Origin: Heterodontus francisci
Lineage: Eukaryota
DNA length: 64,000 nt
NCBI RefSeq assembly: GCF_036365525.1
Contig: NC_090411.1
Location: 35,811,453 to 35,875,452, forward strand
Reading direction: 5' to 3'
Shown: piece by piece, positions 21,963-33,129 of the stretch
Layout of the letters: each line of letters opens with the position of its first letter
Position numbering within the stretch: position 1 is the first letter of the stretch
Program-made: the position numbers and the translations under genes
The notes under the pieces: model-generated
Database searches by the model: none
The model's input: only the letters and a program-made list of their open reading frames with translations
What the model was told of the DNA's origin: nothing

Positions 21963-22247
21963 CTGCAATTTCAGGACAGCAGCTTTTACCTTTTTGTTCC
22001 TGAAGTTATTGTCCGTTCCCAGAATGGGAAAGCACCAAATGATAAAAGCACAGCACAGGTATCCACTAACCGTAAGGACATTTGAGAGTGGTCTAGTCAA
22101 CAATTTGCCGTCTAGTTTGTCCACCACCTGGGGGTCAGGCTGGCTCTCTACTGAGTGCATGTGAAACTGTACTCCACTGGGATTCAGTGTCTGCAGAACT
22201 GTACTCCAGTGAAAGTCAGTATCCATGGAGCCCGTACCCCGTAGACA

Positions 22248-23247
22248 GTCAGCACCTTCAGGAACTGTCCCCCAGTGAGAGTCAGCACCTTCAGGAACTG
22301 TCCCCCAGTGAGAGTCAGCACCTTCAGGAACTGTCCCCCAGTGAGAGTCAGCACCTTCAGGAACTGTCCACCAGTGAGAGTCAGCACCTTCAGGAACTGT
22401 ATCCCAATGAGAGTCAGCACCTTCAGGAACTGTATCCCAGTGAGAGTCAGCACCTTCAGGAACTGTATCCCAGTGAGAGTCAGCACCTTCAGGAACTGTA
22501 TCCCAGTGAGAGTCAACACCTTCAGGAACTGTCGCCCAGTGAGAGTCAGCACCTTCAGGAACTGTATCCCAGTGAGAGTCAGCACCTTCAGGAACTGTAT
22601 CCCATTGAGAGTCAGCACCTTCAGGAACTGTATCCCAGTGAGAGTCAGCACCTTCAGGAACTGTCCCCCAGTGAGAGTCAGCACCTTCAGAAACTGTATC
22701 CCAGTGAGAGTCAGCACCTTCAGGAACTGTATCCCAGTGAGTCAGCACCTTCAGGAACTGTATCCCAGTGAGAGTCAGCACCTTCAGGAACTGTATCCCA
22801 GTGAGAGTCAGCACCTTCAGGAACTGTCCCCCAGTGAGAGTCAGCACCTTCAGGAACTGTATCCCAGTGAGAGTCAGCACCTTCAGGAACTGTCCCCCAG
22901 TGAGAGTCAGCACCTTCAGGAACTGTATCCCAGTGAGTCAGCACCTTCAGGAACTGTATCCCAGTGAGAGTCAGCACCTTCAGGAACTGTATCCCAGTGA
23001 GAGTCAGCACCTTCAGGAACTGTCCCCCAGTGAGAGTCAGCACCTTCAGGAACTGTATCCCAGTGAGAGTCAGCACCTTCAGGAACTGTATCCCAGTGAG
23101 AGTCAGCACCTTCAGGAACTGTCCCCCAGTGAGAGTCAGCACCTTCAGGAACTGTATCCCAGTGAGAGTCAGCACCTTCAGGAACTGTATCCCAGTGAGA
23201 GTCAGCACCTTCAGGAACTGTCCCCCAGTGAGAGTCAGCACCTTCAG
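22248..23247. repeat. 33-nt minisatellite (AGTGAGAGTCAGCACCTTCAGGAACTGTATCCC) in the last parvalbumin intron
   Basis: About 30 tandem units; same family at 62810-63360 and 63696-64000. Confidence 0.97.
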
Positions 23248-23439
23248 GGGAGGAGAAACAAATGTAGAAAAAGTATACACTCTCGACACTTTCTCAAATT
23301 GTTTTTAAAACAATAAGTATTCAATTTCTCTGTATATATAATTAACCATCCTCTGAGATTACAGTGATGGCATTTCAGAGAAAGGCTATGGGTAGGAAGT
23401 GAGAGCAGGCGAGTTATTTGTAAATGTTTAAAAACTTAC

Positions 23440-23549
23440 CAGAAAAATCAATCCTGCCATCACCATCCACGTCTCCATCTGACACGAAACTGTCCATTTC
23501 AGAGTCACTCAACACTCGGGCTTCTGGGCAGAAATATTGAAGGAACAAC
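23440..23549 (-). CDS. Parvalbumin-like coding exon 3 (LFLQYFCPEARVLSDSEMDSFVSDGDVDGDGRIDFS)
   Basis: 110-nt exon; EF-site loop DVDGDGRIDFSE; aag acceptor, gtaagt donor. Confidence 0.93.
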
Positions 23550-23904
23550 CTTTAATGTAAACAGGAATCCTGCATCAAAATCCTGAGAGGGGAGAGCTCA
23601 GATAAACAGGAGAGCAGTGTGTCTGTTATAAGTGGCTGTATGTTATGTGTATGTGTTTTATGTTTGTGTGTGCATGTGTGTGGACTCTGATGCTTTTCTT
23701 GGTTGGTTATCCTGCTGACAGTTAAAAGTCTCGTCTGAGTCATGAAAAATAGCTTGTCCTTAAATGTAAGAAAATCTGAGAACTCATTACCTAGTGAAGT
23801 TTTTCTGGTTCCCTGTTGCCTTCCCTGTCTGTAATGTGGTTTCCTGTGCTCTCTCCTATTACTATTTCATGTTAATGTTTAAAGAGAAATGAGGAGGTTC
23901 CTAC

Positions 23905-24037
23905 TTGAGCTCGCTCTTCTCGATGAAGCCGCTTTTGTCGTCATCCAGAATGTCGAAGATTTTTTTTATCTCTTCCGCAGATTTCTTGGCCAGGCCGGAG
24001 GTTACGGAGAATTTCTTGAGGTGGAAGGAGCCAGGAT
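23905..24037 (-). CDS. Parvalbumin-like coding exon 2 ([45 protein letters not shown])
   Basis: 133-nt exon; CD-site loop [12 protein letters not shown]. Confidence 0.94.
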
Positions 24038-24299
24038 CTGGAACAGCACAGAGTTACTAACAGGGGAGCGCCGAGGAACCTCATTGTTGGGAGGGGAACC
24101 TCAGAGTTCTTGGGGGAGGCAAAGAATCTTTAAATTCTTCAAAGTCTGTTAAACGCTCATTAAATCAGCCTCAGTCAGAGAGTCAAGCACTGGCCATAAA
24201 CCTTCAACAAGGCATTTAAACCTCGATAAAAATATGGTTATACAGACAAAAGCTCAGGCATGTGTGTTACAGGCAGGGTCAATGTGTTACAGGCAGGGA

Positions 24300-24828
24300 T
24301 TATCTGAGGAAGGATATTCTTGCCACGGAGGGAGTGCAAAGAAGATTTACTAGGCTGATTCCTGGGATGGCAGGATTAACGTATGATTAGAGATTGGGTC
24401 GACTAGGCCTATATTCACTAGAGTTTAGAAGAATGAGAGGGGATCTGATAGAAACCTATGAAATTCTAACGGGACTAGACAGGCTAGATGCAGGGAGGAT
24501 GTTCCCGATGGCTGGGGAGTCCAGAACCAGGGGTCACAGTCTCAGGATACGGGGTATGCATTTAGAACTGAGATGAGGAGAAATTTCTTCACTCAGAGGG
24601 TGGTGAACCTGTGGAATTCTCTACTGCAGAAGGCAGTGAAGGCCAAGTCATTAAATATATTCAAGAAGGAGATAGATATATTTCTTAATGCCAAAGGGAT
24701 CAAGGGATATGGGGAAAAAGCAGGAACAGGGTACTGAATTAGACAATCAGCCATGATCTTTTTTGAATGGTGGAACAGGCCCGAAGGGCCGAATGGCCTA
24801 CTCCAGCTCCTATTTTCTATGTTTCTAT
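24300..24828 (+). mobile_element. CR1-like LINE 3' fragment
   Basis: RLGLYSLEFRRMRGDLIETY…TRGHSLRI C-terminal ORF2 motif; CR1 tail with TTTCTATG repeats. Confidence 0.88.
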
Positions 24829-24832
24829 GTAA

Positions 24833-26085
24833 TGGGTTATGGGCAGGGGTCAATGGATTACAGGCAGAGGTCAATGGGTTATAGACAGGGTCAATAGGTT
24901 GTAGACAGGGTCAATGGGTTACAGGCAGGGTCAATGGATTACAGGCAGAGTCAATGGATTACAGGCAGGGTCAATGGGTTACAGGCAGAGTCAATGGATT
25001 ACAGGCAGGGTCAATGGGTTACAGACAGGGTCAATGGGTTACAAACAGGTCAATGGGTTACAGACAGGGTCAATGGGTTACAGGCAGGATTAATGGGTTA
25101 CAGGCAGGGTCAATGGGTTATAGGCAGGGTCAATGGATTACAGGCAGAGTCAATGGATTACAGGCAGGGTCAATGGGTTACAGACAGGGTCAATGGGTTA
25201 CAGGCAGGATTAATGGGTTACAGGCAGGGTCAATGGGTTATAGGCAGGGTCAATGGATTACAGGCAGAGTCAATGGATTACAGGCAGGGTCAATGGGTTA
25301 CAGACAGGGTCAATGGGTTACAGGCAGGGTCAATGGATTACAGACAGGGTCAATGGGTTACAGACAGGGTCAATGGGTTACAGACAGGGCCAATGGGTTA
25401 CAGGCAGGATTAATGGGTTATAGGCAGGGTCAATGGATTACAGACAGGGTCAATGAGTTACAGACAGGGTCAATGGGTTACAGACAGGGCCAATGGGTTA
25501 CAGGCAGGATTAATGGGTTACAGGCAGAGTCAATGGATTACAGGCAGGGTCAATGGGTTACAGACAGGGTCAATGGGTTACAAACAGGTCAATGGATTAC
25601 AGGCAGGGTCAATGGGTTACAGACAGGGTCAATGGGTTACAAACAGGTCAATGGGTTACAAACAGGTCAATGGGTTACAGGCAGGGTCAATGGGTTATAG
25701 GCAGGGTCAATGGATTACAGGCAGAGTCAATGGATTACAGGCAGGGTCAATGGGTTACAGGCAGGGTCAATGAGTTATAGACAGGGTCAATGGGTTACAG
25801 ACAGGGCCAATGGGTTACAGGCAGGATTAATGGGTTATAGGCAGGGTCAATGGATTACAGACAGGGTCAATGAGTTACAGACAGGGTCAATGGGTTACAG
25901 GCAGGGTCAATGGATTACAGACAGGGTCAATGGGTTATAGGCAGGGTCAATGGATTACAGGCAGGGTCAATGGGTTACAGACAGGGTCAATGGATTACAG
26001 GCAGGGTCAATGGGTTACAGACAGGGTCAATGGGTTACAGGCAGGGTCAATGAGTTATAGACAGGGTCAATGGGTTACAGGCAGG
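24833..26085. repeat. 20-nt minisatellite (CAATGGGTTACAGGCAGGGT)
   Basis: About 60 tandem units; two more units at 24262-24299 on the other side of the CR1 insertion. Confidence 0.97.
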
Positions 26086-26314
26086 GGTGAACTTACAACC
26101 ACATACATTAGGCAGGCTTCAGACCCAAGCTGAGTTATATTATCTCAGCAAACACAGTGACAGTAATGCTACAATTGGGAAGATTGACCCTGGAGTGTGG
26201 AGGGGGAATTGAGCTGGATAAGGCCCCAGAGGAGACTTGAGCCCTGGGAAACACAAGAGTCGAGAACAACAGAAAATAAGGAGAGTTTTTTTAAAGTGCA
26301 ATGTGTGACTTTAC

Positions 26315-26375
26315 CATTGCATTCAGAGAGAGCAGCAGTGACATCAGCAGCAGCGAGGAAATCAGTGATCTTCAT
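26315..26375 (-). CDS. Parvalbumin-like coding exon 1 (MKITDFLAAADVTAALSECN)
   Basis: 61 coding nt, acceptor 7 nt upstream of the ATG, gtaaag donor; the 61/133/110/26 layout is typical of parvalbumin genes. Confidence 0.93.
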
Positions 26376-26497
26376 TGTAAACCTGTAAACAAGAAGCGAT
26401 TAGACTCATTACAGTCTGGAAAAATGTCTGGAATGTGCAGGGTTTTTTCATTCATCAACCAAATGTTCTAAGCCCTTGACAAAGGGTCAGTAACTCT

Positions 26498-26740
26498 ATG
26501 AAGATCTTCCTGTCTTACTCTCTCTATAAAGATCTCTCTGTCTCACTCTCTCTCTATATGAAGATCTCTCTGATTCTCTCTATGAAGATCTCTGCTTCAC
26601 TCTCTCATTGTATGAAGATATCTCTGTTTCATTCTTTCTATGAAGTTCTCTCTGTTTCACTCTTGATACATAAAGATCTCTCTATTTTACTCTGTCTATG
26701 ATTCTACCTCTGTTTCACTCTCTCATATGAAACTCTCTCC
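26498..26740. repeat. Degenerate ~30-nt tandem repeat (TATGAAGATCTCTCTGTTTCACTCTCTC)
   Basis: About 8 imperfect units in parvalbumin intron 1. Confidence 0.75.
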
Positions 26741-27062
26741 CTCAGGTCTCACTGCCTGTTAAAAGTCTACAGTTTTCATGGATGTCACAGGAATCCAAGA
26801 CTGTGAAGAACTGCCAGTCATCAATGAAATTCTGAGGAATCCTGTGTTTTCTCTAATAAATTGAGAAGCAGTTGGGAGCGTAAACTCTTCTGGTAAATAA
26901 ATTCTGCTGCTGGACTAAATGAAGATTACACAGGACTTAAAATCTGTGTTTGTTAGCATTTCATTTTTAATTATTTCACACATCTAAGAGAGCAGCAAAA
27001 TACTTAATCATCTAAATATATTTCTGATGGTAATTTAACAAAGTAGATTAAATAATACTCAC

Positions 27063-27150
27063 CCTTGTGCTCTTCTTTGTCTCAGGCAGGTAGTTGAGAG
27101 ATGAGCACTTGCACCTGCCGTCAGTTCTGATGTTGGCCTTTTTATATATG
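27063..27150 (-). promoter_or_regulatory. Parvalbumin TATA box (CATATATAAAAA, ~27139-27150) and non-coding exon 1 ending at 27063
   Basis: TATA followed by a ~55-nt exon and AGG|GTGAGT donor; MEF2-like TTAAAAATAA at 27396-27405. Confidence 0.72.
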
Positions 27151-27663
27151 CCATACTGGGCTGTTTTTAATGGCAGTTAAAAAGGGGAGGAGTCCTGGAT
27201 CATGTAAACCATTGTGGTGGTGTGAGAATGGGTCTGTTGAGGTCAGAGTTTGCCCTGTTTACAGTACAGACAAAGCTGAACAGTATTCCAGTCCAAGAGC
27301 GAGTATGAATGGGAGATCCCAACTTCAACTCTGTACCCTATAGATCCACACTCCCCACACCAGGCAGTAGGCTGTTTGAACAGAGGTTTAATCCATTAAA
27401 AATAAACAGAATAGCACTTGTGTTCATCCACTAATGTCAAAACATCCTCGACAATATTTATTCCTCAACCAACATCATTAAAACAGATGATGTGGTCATT
27501 ATCACATCGCTGTTTGTGGGATCTTGCTGTGCGCACATTGGCTGCCACATTTCCTACATTACAACAGTGACTACACTTCAAAATTCCTTCAGTGGCTCTG
27601 AATCACATGGGGACGTCCTGAGGTTATGAAAGTAAAAGGACTTGTATTTACAGAGCACCTTAC

Positions 27664-30600
27664 ACCCTCAGTACTGAACCTCCACTGTGCAGCACTCCCT
27701 CAGTAACGTCCCTCTGACAGTGCAGCGCTCCATCAGTACTAATCCCCTGACAGTGCAGCACTCCCTGAGGACTGACCCTCCGACAGTGCAGCACTCCCTC
27801 AGTACTGACCCTCTGACAGTGCAGCACTCCCTGAGTACTGACCCTCCGACAGTGCAGCACTCCCTCAGTACTGACCTTCCGACAGTGCAGCACTCCCTGA
27901 GTACTGACCCTCTGACAGTGCAGCACTCCCTGAGTACTGACCCTCCGACAGTGCAGCACTCCCTCAGTACTGACCCTCTGACAGTACAGCACTCCCTGAG
28001 TACTGACCCTCCGACAGTGCAGCACTCCCTCAGTACTGACCCTCTATCAGTGCAGCACTCCCTCAGTACTGACGCCCTGACAGTGCAGCACTCCCTCAGT
28101 ACTGACCCTCTGACAGTGCAGCACTACCTCAGTACTGACCCTCTGACAGTGCAGCACTCCCTGAGTACTGACCCTCTGACAGTGCAGCACTCCATCAGTA
28201 CTGACCCCCTGACAGTGCAGCACTCCCTCAGTACTGACCCTCTGACAGTGCAGCACTCCCTCAGTACTGACCCTCCGACAGTGCAGCACTCCCTCAGTAC
28301 TGACCCTCTGACGGTGCAGCACTCCCTCAGTACTGACCCCCTGACAGTGCAGCACTCCCTCAGTACTGACCCTCCGACAGTGCAGCACTCCCTCAGTACT
28401 GACCCTCTGACAGTGCAGCACTCCCTCAGTACTGACCCTCCGACAGTGCAGCACTCCCTCAGTACTGACCCTCGGACAGTGCAGCACTCCCTGAGTACTG
28501 ACCCTCCGACAGTGCAGCACTCCCTCAGTACTGACCCTCCGACAGTGCAGCACTCCCTCAGTACTGACCCTCTGAGTGCAGCACTCCCTGAGTACTGACC
28601 CTCTATCAGTGCAGCACTCCCTCAGTACTGACCCCCTGACAGTGCAGCACTCCCTCAGTACTGACCCCCTGACAGTGCAGCGCTCCCTCAGTACTGACCC
28701 TCTGACAGTGCAGCACTCCCTCACTACTGACCCCCTGACAGTGCAGCGCTCCCTCAGTACTGACCCTCTGACAGTGCAGCACACCCTCAGTACTGATCCC
28801 CTGACAGTGCAGCGCTCCCTCAGTACTGACCCCCTGACAGTGCACCACTCCCTCAGTACTGACCCGCCGACAGTGCAGCACTCCCTCAGTACTGCCCCTC
28901 TGACTGTGCAGAACTCCCTCAGTACTGACCCCCTGACAGTGCAGCGCTCCTTCAGTACTGACACTCTGACAGTGCAGCACACCCTCAGTACTGATCCCCT
29001 GACAGTGCAGCGCTCCCTCAGTACTGACCCTCTGACAGTGCAGCACTCCCTCAGTACTGACCCTCTGACAGTGCAGCACTCCCTCACTACTGACCCCCTG
29101 ACAGTGCAGCGCTCCCTCAGGACTGACCCTCTGACAGTGCAGCACACCCTCAGTACTGATCCCCTGACAGTGCAGCGCTCCCTCAGTACTGACCCTCTGA
29201 CAGTGCACCACTCCCGCAGCACTGACCCTCCGACAGTGCAGCACTCCCTCAGTATTGACCCACTGACAGTGCAGCACTCCCTCAGTACTGCCCCTGACAG
29301 TGCAGCACTCCCTCAGTACTGACCCCCTGAGAGTGCAGCGCTCCCTCAGTACTGACGCTCTGACAGTGCAGCACTCCCTCAGTACTGACCCTCTGACAGT
29401 GCAGCACTCCCTCAGTACTGACCCCCTGATAGTGCAGCGCTCTCTCAGTACTGACACTCTGACTGTGCAGCACTCCCTGAGTACTGACCCCCTGAGTGCA
29501 GCACTCCCTCAGTACTGACCCTCCAACAGTGCAGCACTCCCTCATTACTGCCCCTCTGACAGTGCAGCACTCCCTCAGTACTGACCCTCCGACAGTGCAG
29601 CACTCCCTCAGTACTGACCCTCCGACAGTGCAGCACTCCCTCAGTACTGCCCCACTGGCAGTGCAGCACTCCCTCAGTACTGACCCCCTGACAGTGCAGC
29701 ACTCCCTCAGTACTGACCCTCTGACAGTGCAGCACTCCCTCACTACTGACCCCCTGACAGTGCAGCGCTCCCTCAGTACTGCCCCACTGACAGTGCAGCA
29801 CTCCCTCAGTACTGACCCCCTGACAGTGCAGCGCTCCTTCAGCACTGACCCTCTGACAGTGCAGCATACCCTCAGTACTGATCCCCTGACAGTGCAGCGC
29901 TCCCTCAGTACTGACCCTCCGACAGTGCAGCACTCCCTCAGTACTGACCCTCTGACAGTGCAGCACTCCCTCAGTACTGACCCTCCAACAGTGCAGCACT
30001 CCGTCAGTACTGCCCCTCTGACAGTGCAGCACTCCCTCAGTACTGACCCTCTGACAGTGCAGCACTCCCAGTACTGACCCCCTGATAGTGCAGCACTCTC
30101 TCAGTACTGACACTCTGACTGTGCAGCACTCCCTCAGTACTGACCCCCTGACAGTGCAGCACTCCCTCAGTACTGACCCTCCAACAGTGCAGCACTCCCT
30201 CAGTACTGACCCTCCGACAGTGCAGCACTCCCTCAGTACTGACCCTCTGACAGTGCAGCACTCCCTCAGTACTGCCCCTCTGACAGTGCAGCACTCCCTC
30301 AGTACTGGCCCTCTCACAGTGCAGCACTCCCTGAGTACTGACCCTCTGACAGTGCAGCACTCCCTCAGTACTGCCCCTCTGACAGTGCAGCACTCCCTCA
30401 GTACTGACCCTCCAACAGTGCAGCACTCCCTCAGTACTGCCCCTCTGACAGTGCAGCGCTCCTTCAGTACTGACCCTCGGACAGTGCAGCACTCCCTCAG
30501 TGTTGACCCTCCGACAGTGCAGCACTCCCTCAGTGCTGACCCTCCGACAGTGCAGCACTCCCTCAGTACTGACCCTCCGACAGTATGGTGCTCCCTCAGT

Positions 30601-31260
30601 ACTGACCCTCCGACAGTGCAGCACTCCCTCAGTACTGACCCTCCGACAGTGCAGCACTCCCTCAGTACTGACCCTCTGACAGTGCAGCATTCCCTCGGTA
30701 CTGACCCTCCGACAGTGCAGCACTCCCTCAGTACTGACCCTCCGACAGTGCAGCGCTCCCTCAGTACTGACACTCCGACAGTGCAGCACTCCCTCAGTAC
30801 TGACCCTCCAACAGTGCAGCACTCCCTCAGTACTGACCCTCTGACAGTGCAGCACTCCCTCAGTACTGACCCTCCGACAGTGCAGCACTCCCTCAGTACT
30901 GACCCTCCAACAGTGCAGCACTCCCTCAGTACTGACCCTCTGACAGTGCAGCGCTCCCTCAGTACTGACCCTCCGACAGTGCAGCACTCCCTCAGTACTG
31001 ACCCTCCAACAGTGCAGCACTCCCTCAGTACTGACCCTCTGACAGTGCAGCGCTCCCTCAGTACTGACCCTCCGACAGTGCAGCATTCCCTCAGTACTGA
31101 CCCTCCAACAGTGCAGCACTCCCTCAGTACTGACCCTCTGACAGTGCAGCGCTCCCTCAGTAGTGACCCTCCGACAGTGCAGCATTCCCTCAGTACTGAC
31201 CCTCCGACAGTGCAGCATTCCCTCAGTACTGACCCTCCGACAGTGCAGCACTCCCTCAGA
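27664..31260. repeat. 33-nt minisatellite (CAGTACTGACCCTCTGACAGTGCAGCACTCCCT), ~3.6 kb
   Basis: More than 100 tandem units. Confidence 0.98.
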
Positions 31261-33129
31261 AGTGACAACCTAGTTTATATGCTCAAGTCCTGGAGCAGAG
31301 CTTGATTCATAACGAGAATGGATGCAAGGTTGCCTTTTCAAACTGAGTGCTTTATCATTTGTGCAGGTGTTTGACACAAAATGGATGGAAAAGAGGGTAT
31401 TTGGGGTGCGGGGGGAAGACCTCACTCCTGGCAGTCCAATAAGAATATTCTGGCAAGTTACTCACTGGGTGAAGCACATGGTATGATTCGACTCAATGTG
31501 TTACCAGTTGCTCCCTGTATCCAGTGTATGTGGAGATTCTCCTGTTGAAGGTTTTCCAAAGGGCCCTGAGATGGGAATGGGAAAAATCAGTCACGGTTTC
31601 TGGTCCCATCAGAACATTGGAACAGGAGGAGGCCATTCAGTCCCTCACGACTATTCTGCCATTCAATGAAATGATAGCCCTCCTGATCATTATCCAGTTA
31701 TCTCCAAGAGAAAGAGCACATGTTCATCTGACTGAGATGAACATCTTGCTTGGCTGTCATGACCCCCAGGGTAAAATAGCCCATTGACACTCAAAGTCTG
31801 GGCTCACATGCGAAGAATGCATTGGATGCACTCATGCAGGTTCAGAATGTGTCTGTCCCTATGCTACCGAGCCCTACCTGTCATCAGCATCTTTCCCACA
31901 AGAAAGGAGAAAACTGTGAGTGAAGAGAATTGATTTTGAAAAGAGGTGAAGATCTATGTTAATAGCTCGTCAAAAACAGTGAGGGAGATGAGAGAATGTT
32001 GGGAGGAAGGTCAGTGTGTGACTCAAATCACAGGAGCTGATAGACTGGCTGCCCCTGCTTTGCTTTATTGACACTGTAACAAGAAATAAATATGCACATT
32101 TATGTGAGCACACAGGTGTGTAATTCATATAATCACACCTGGCGGGATCCTTTTATATATTGTTTAAAGCAAGGTCACCCGGTCCTCAATACTGCCTCCC
32201 TAATGTAATAAATGTCCTCAAGCATTTCACAGACATGGAACTTTGAGAGAAGAATAATTCGGGAGAGTGAATGAAGGAATGGCCGAAGAGGGTAGATTGA
32301 AGGGGTTGGAAGAGAGTTAATGAGGCAGACAAGGTGAGCAGAGAGAAATCAGCCAGGATTCCTCCTCCTGATTCCCGTACAGTGACTCCCACTAGGCAAT
32401 GCATTGTGTGGCTGTCACATTAGGACAGGATTACACTTCACTGAATGTTGTGCTGATCACATGATCCTGTTAAACCTAACTCCTGGTGCTATTCCTGGAG
32501 CCAGTGTGCAGTTCACACATCGATAGAACTGATCCACAGACCACGGAGTTTAAATCTACTTTACTATCTCATTATATTGCTATTTTACTGTATTACAAGA
32601 TAACTGTATAACAATATTGGTCTGTTATTATATTGTTACTATATTACTTAACCCTAGATTTTGCAGTTGTAATCACAGTGAAACTGTCAGCATTTGCTGC
32701 CATTACTCTGTGAAACTGACAGAATCTTCTGATGTTGGCACAAGTACAGTTAAATGTGGAAATCCATAAGTTGGTGTCAGTGATTCCCTGCACCTCCAGA
32801 GGATGCACTATAGAAGTCTCTGCAGACAGTAATCAATTAGAAATCACGGAACTGCTGAGAATTTTTATGCTGTTGTATCAATTTTTAAAACTGTTGAAAA
32901 AGTCATGCCTCATTGATGGGTTTTTAACATAGTACTAAGTCATAACTACTGCTGACAGACCTCTCTGGCCTTGGAAAACTAATTTTATATTGTGTAATGT
33001 CATATTTTTCCATCCTGATAAACATTTAATCGATTTTTAATATTGTTACGACACCAATGAGATCGTAACGTTAAAATAGAAGATATGAACTCCCCAGACC
33101 AATTTAAAGAATTATACGACAAGTCTAAG

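Noticed and set aside
21948-23316. Repetitive ORFs (ESQHLQELYPS / LTLTGIQFLKV)
   Set aside because: Intronic 33-nt minisatellite; the same pattern recurs at 62.8-64 kb.
27660-31305. CRISPR-like periodicity and long repetitive ORFs
   Set aside because: Units are contiguous with no unique spacers, there are no cas genes, and the context is eukaryotic; ORFs arise from the 33-nt period.
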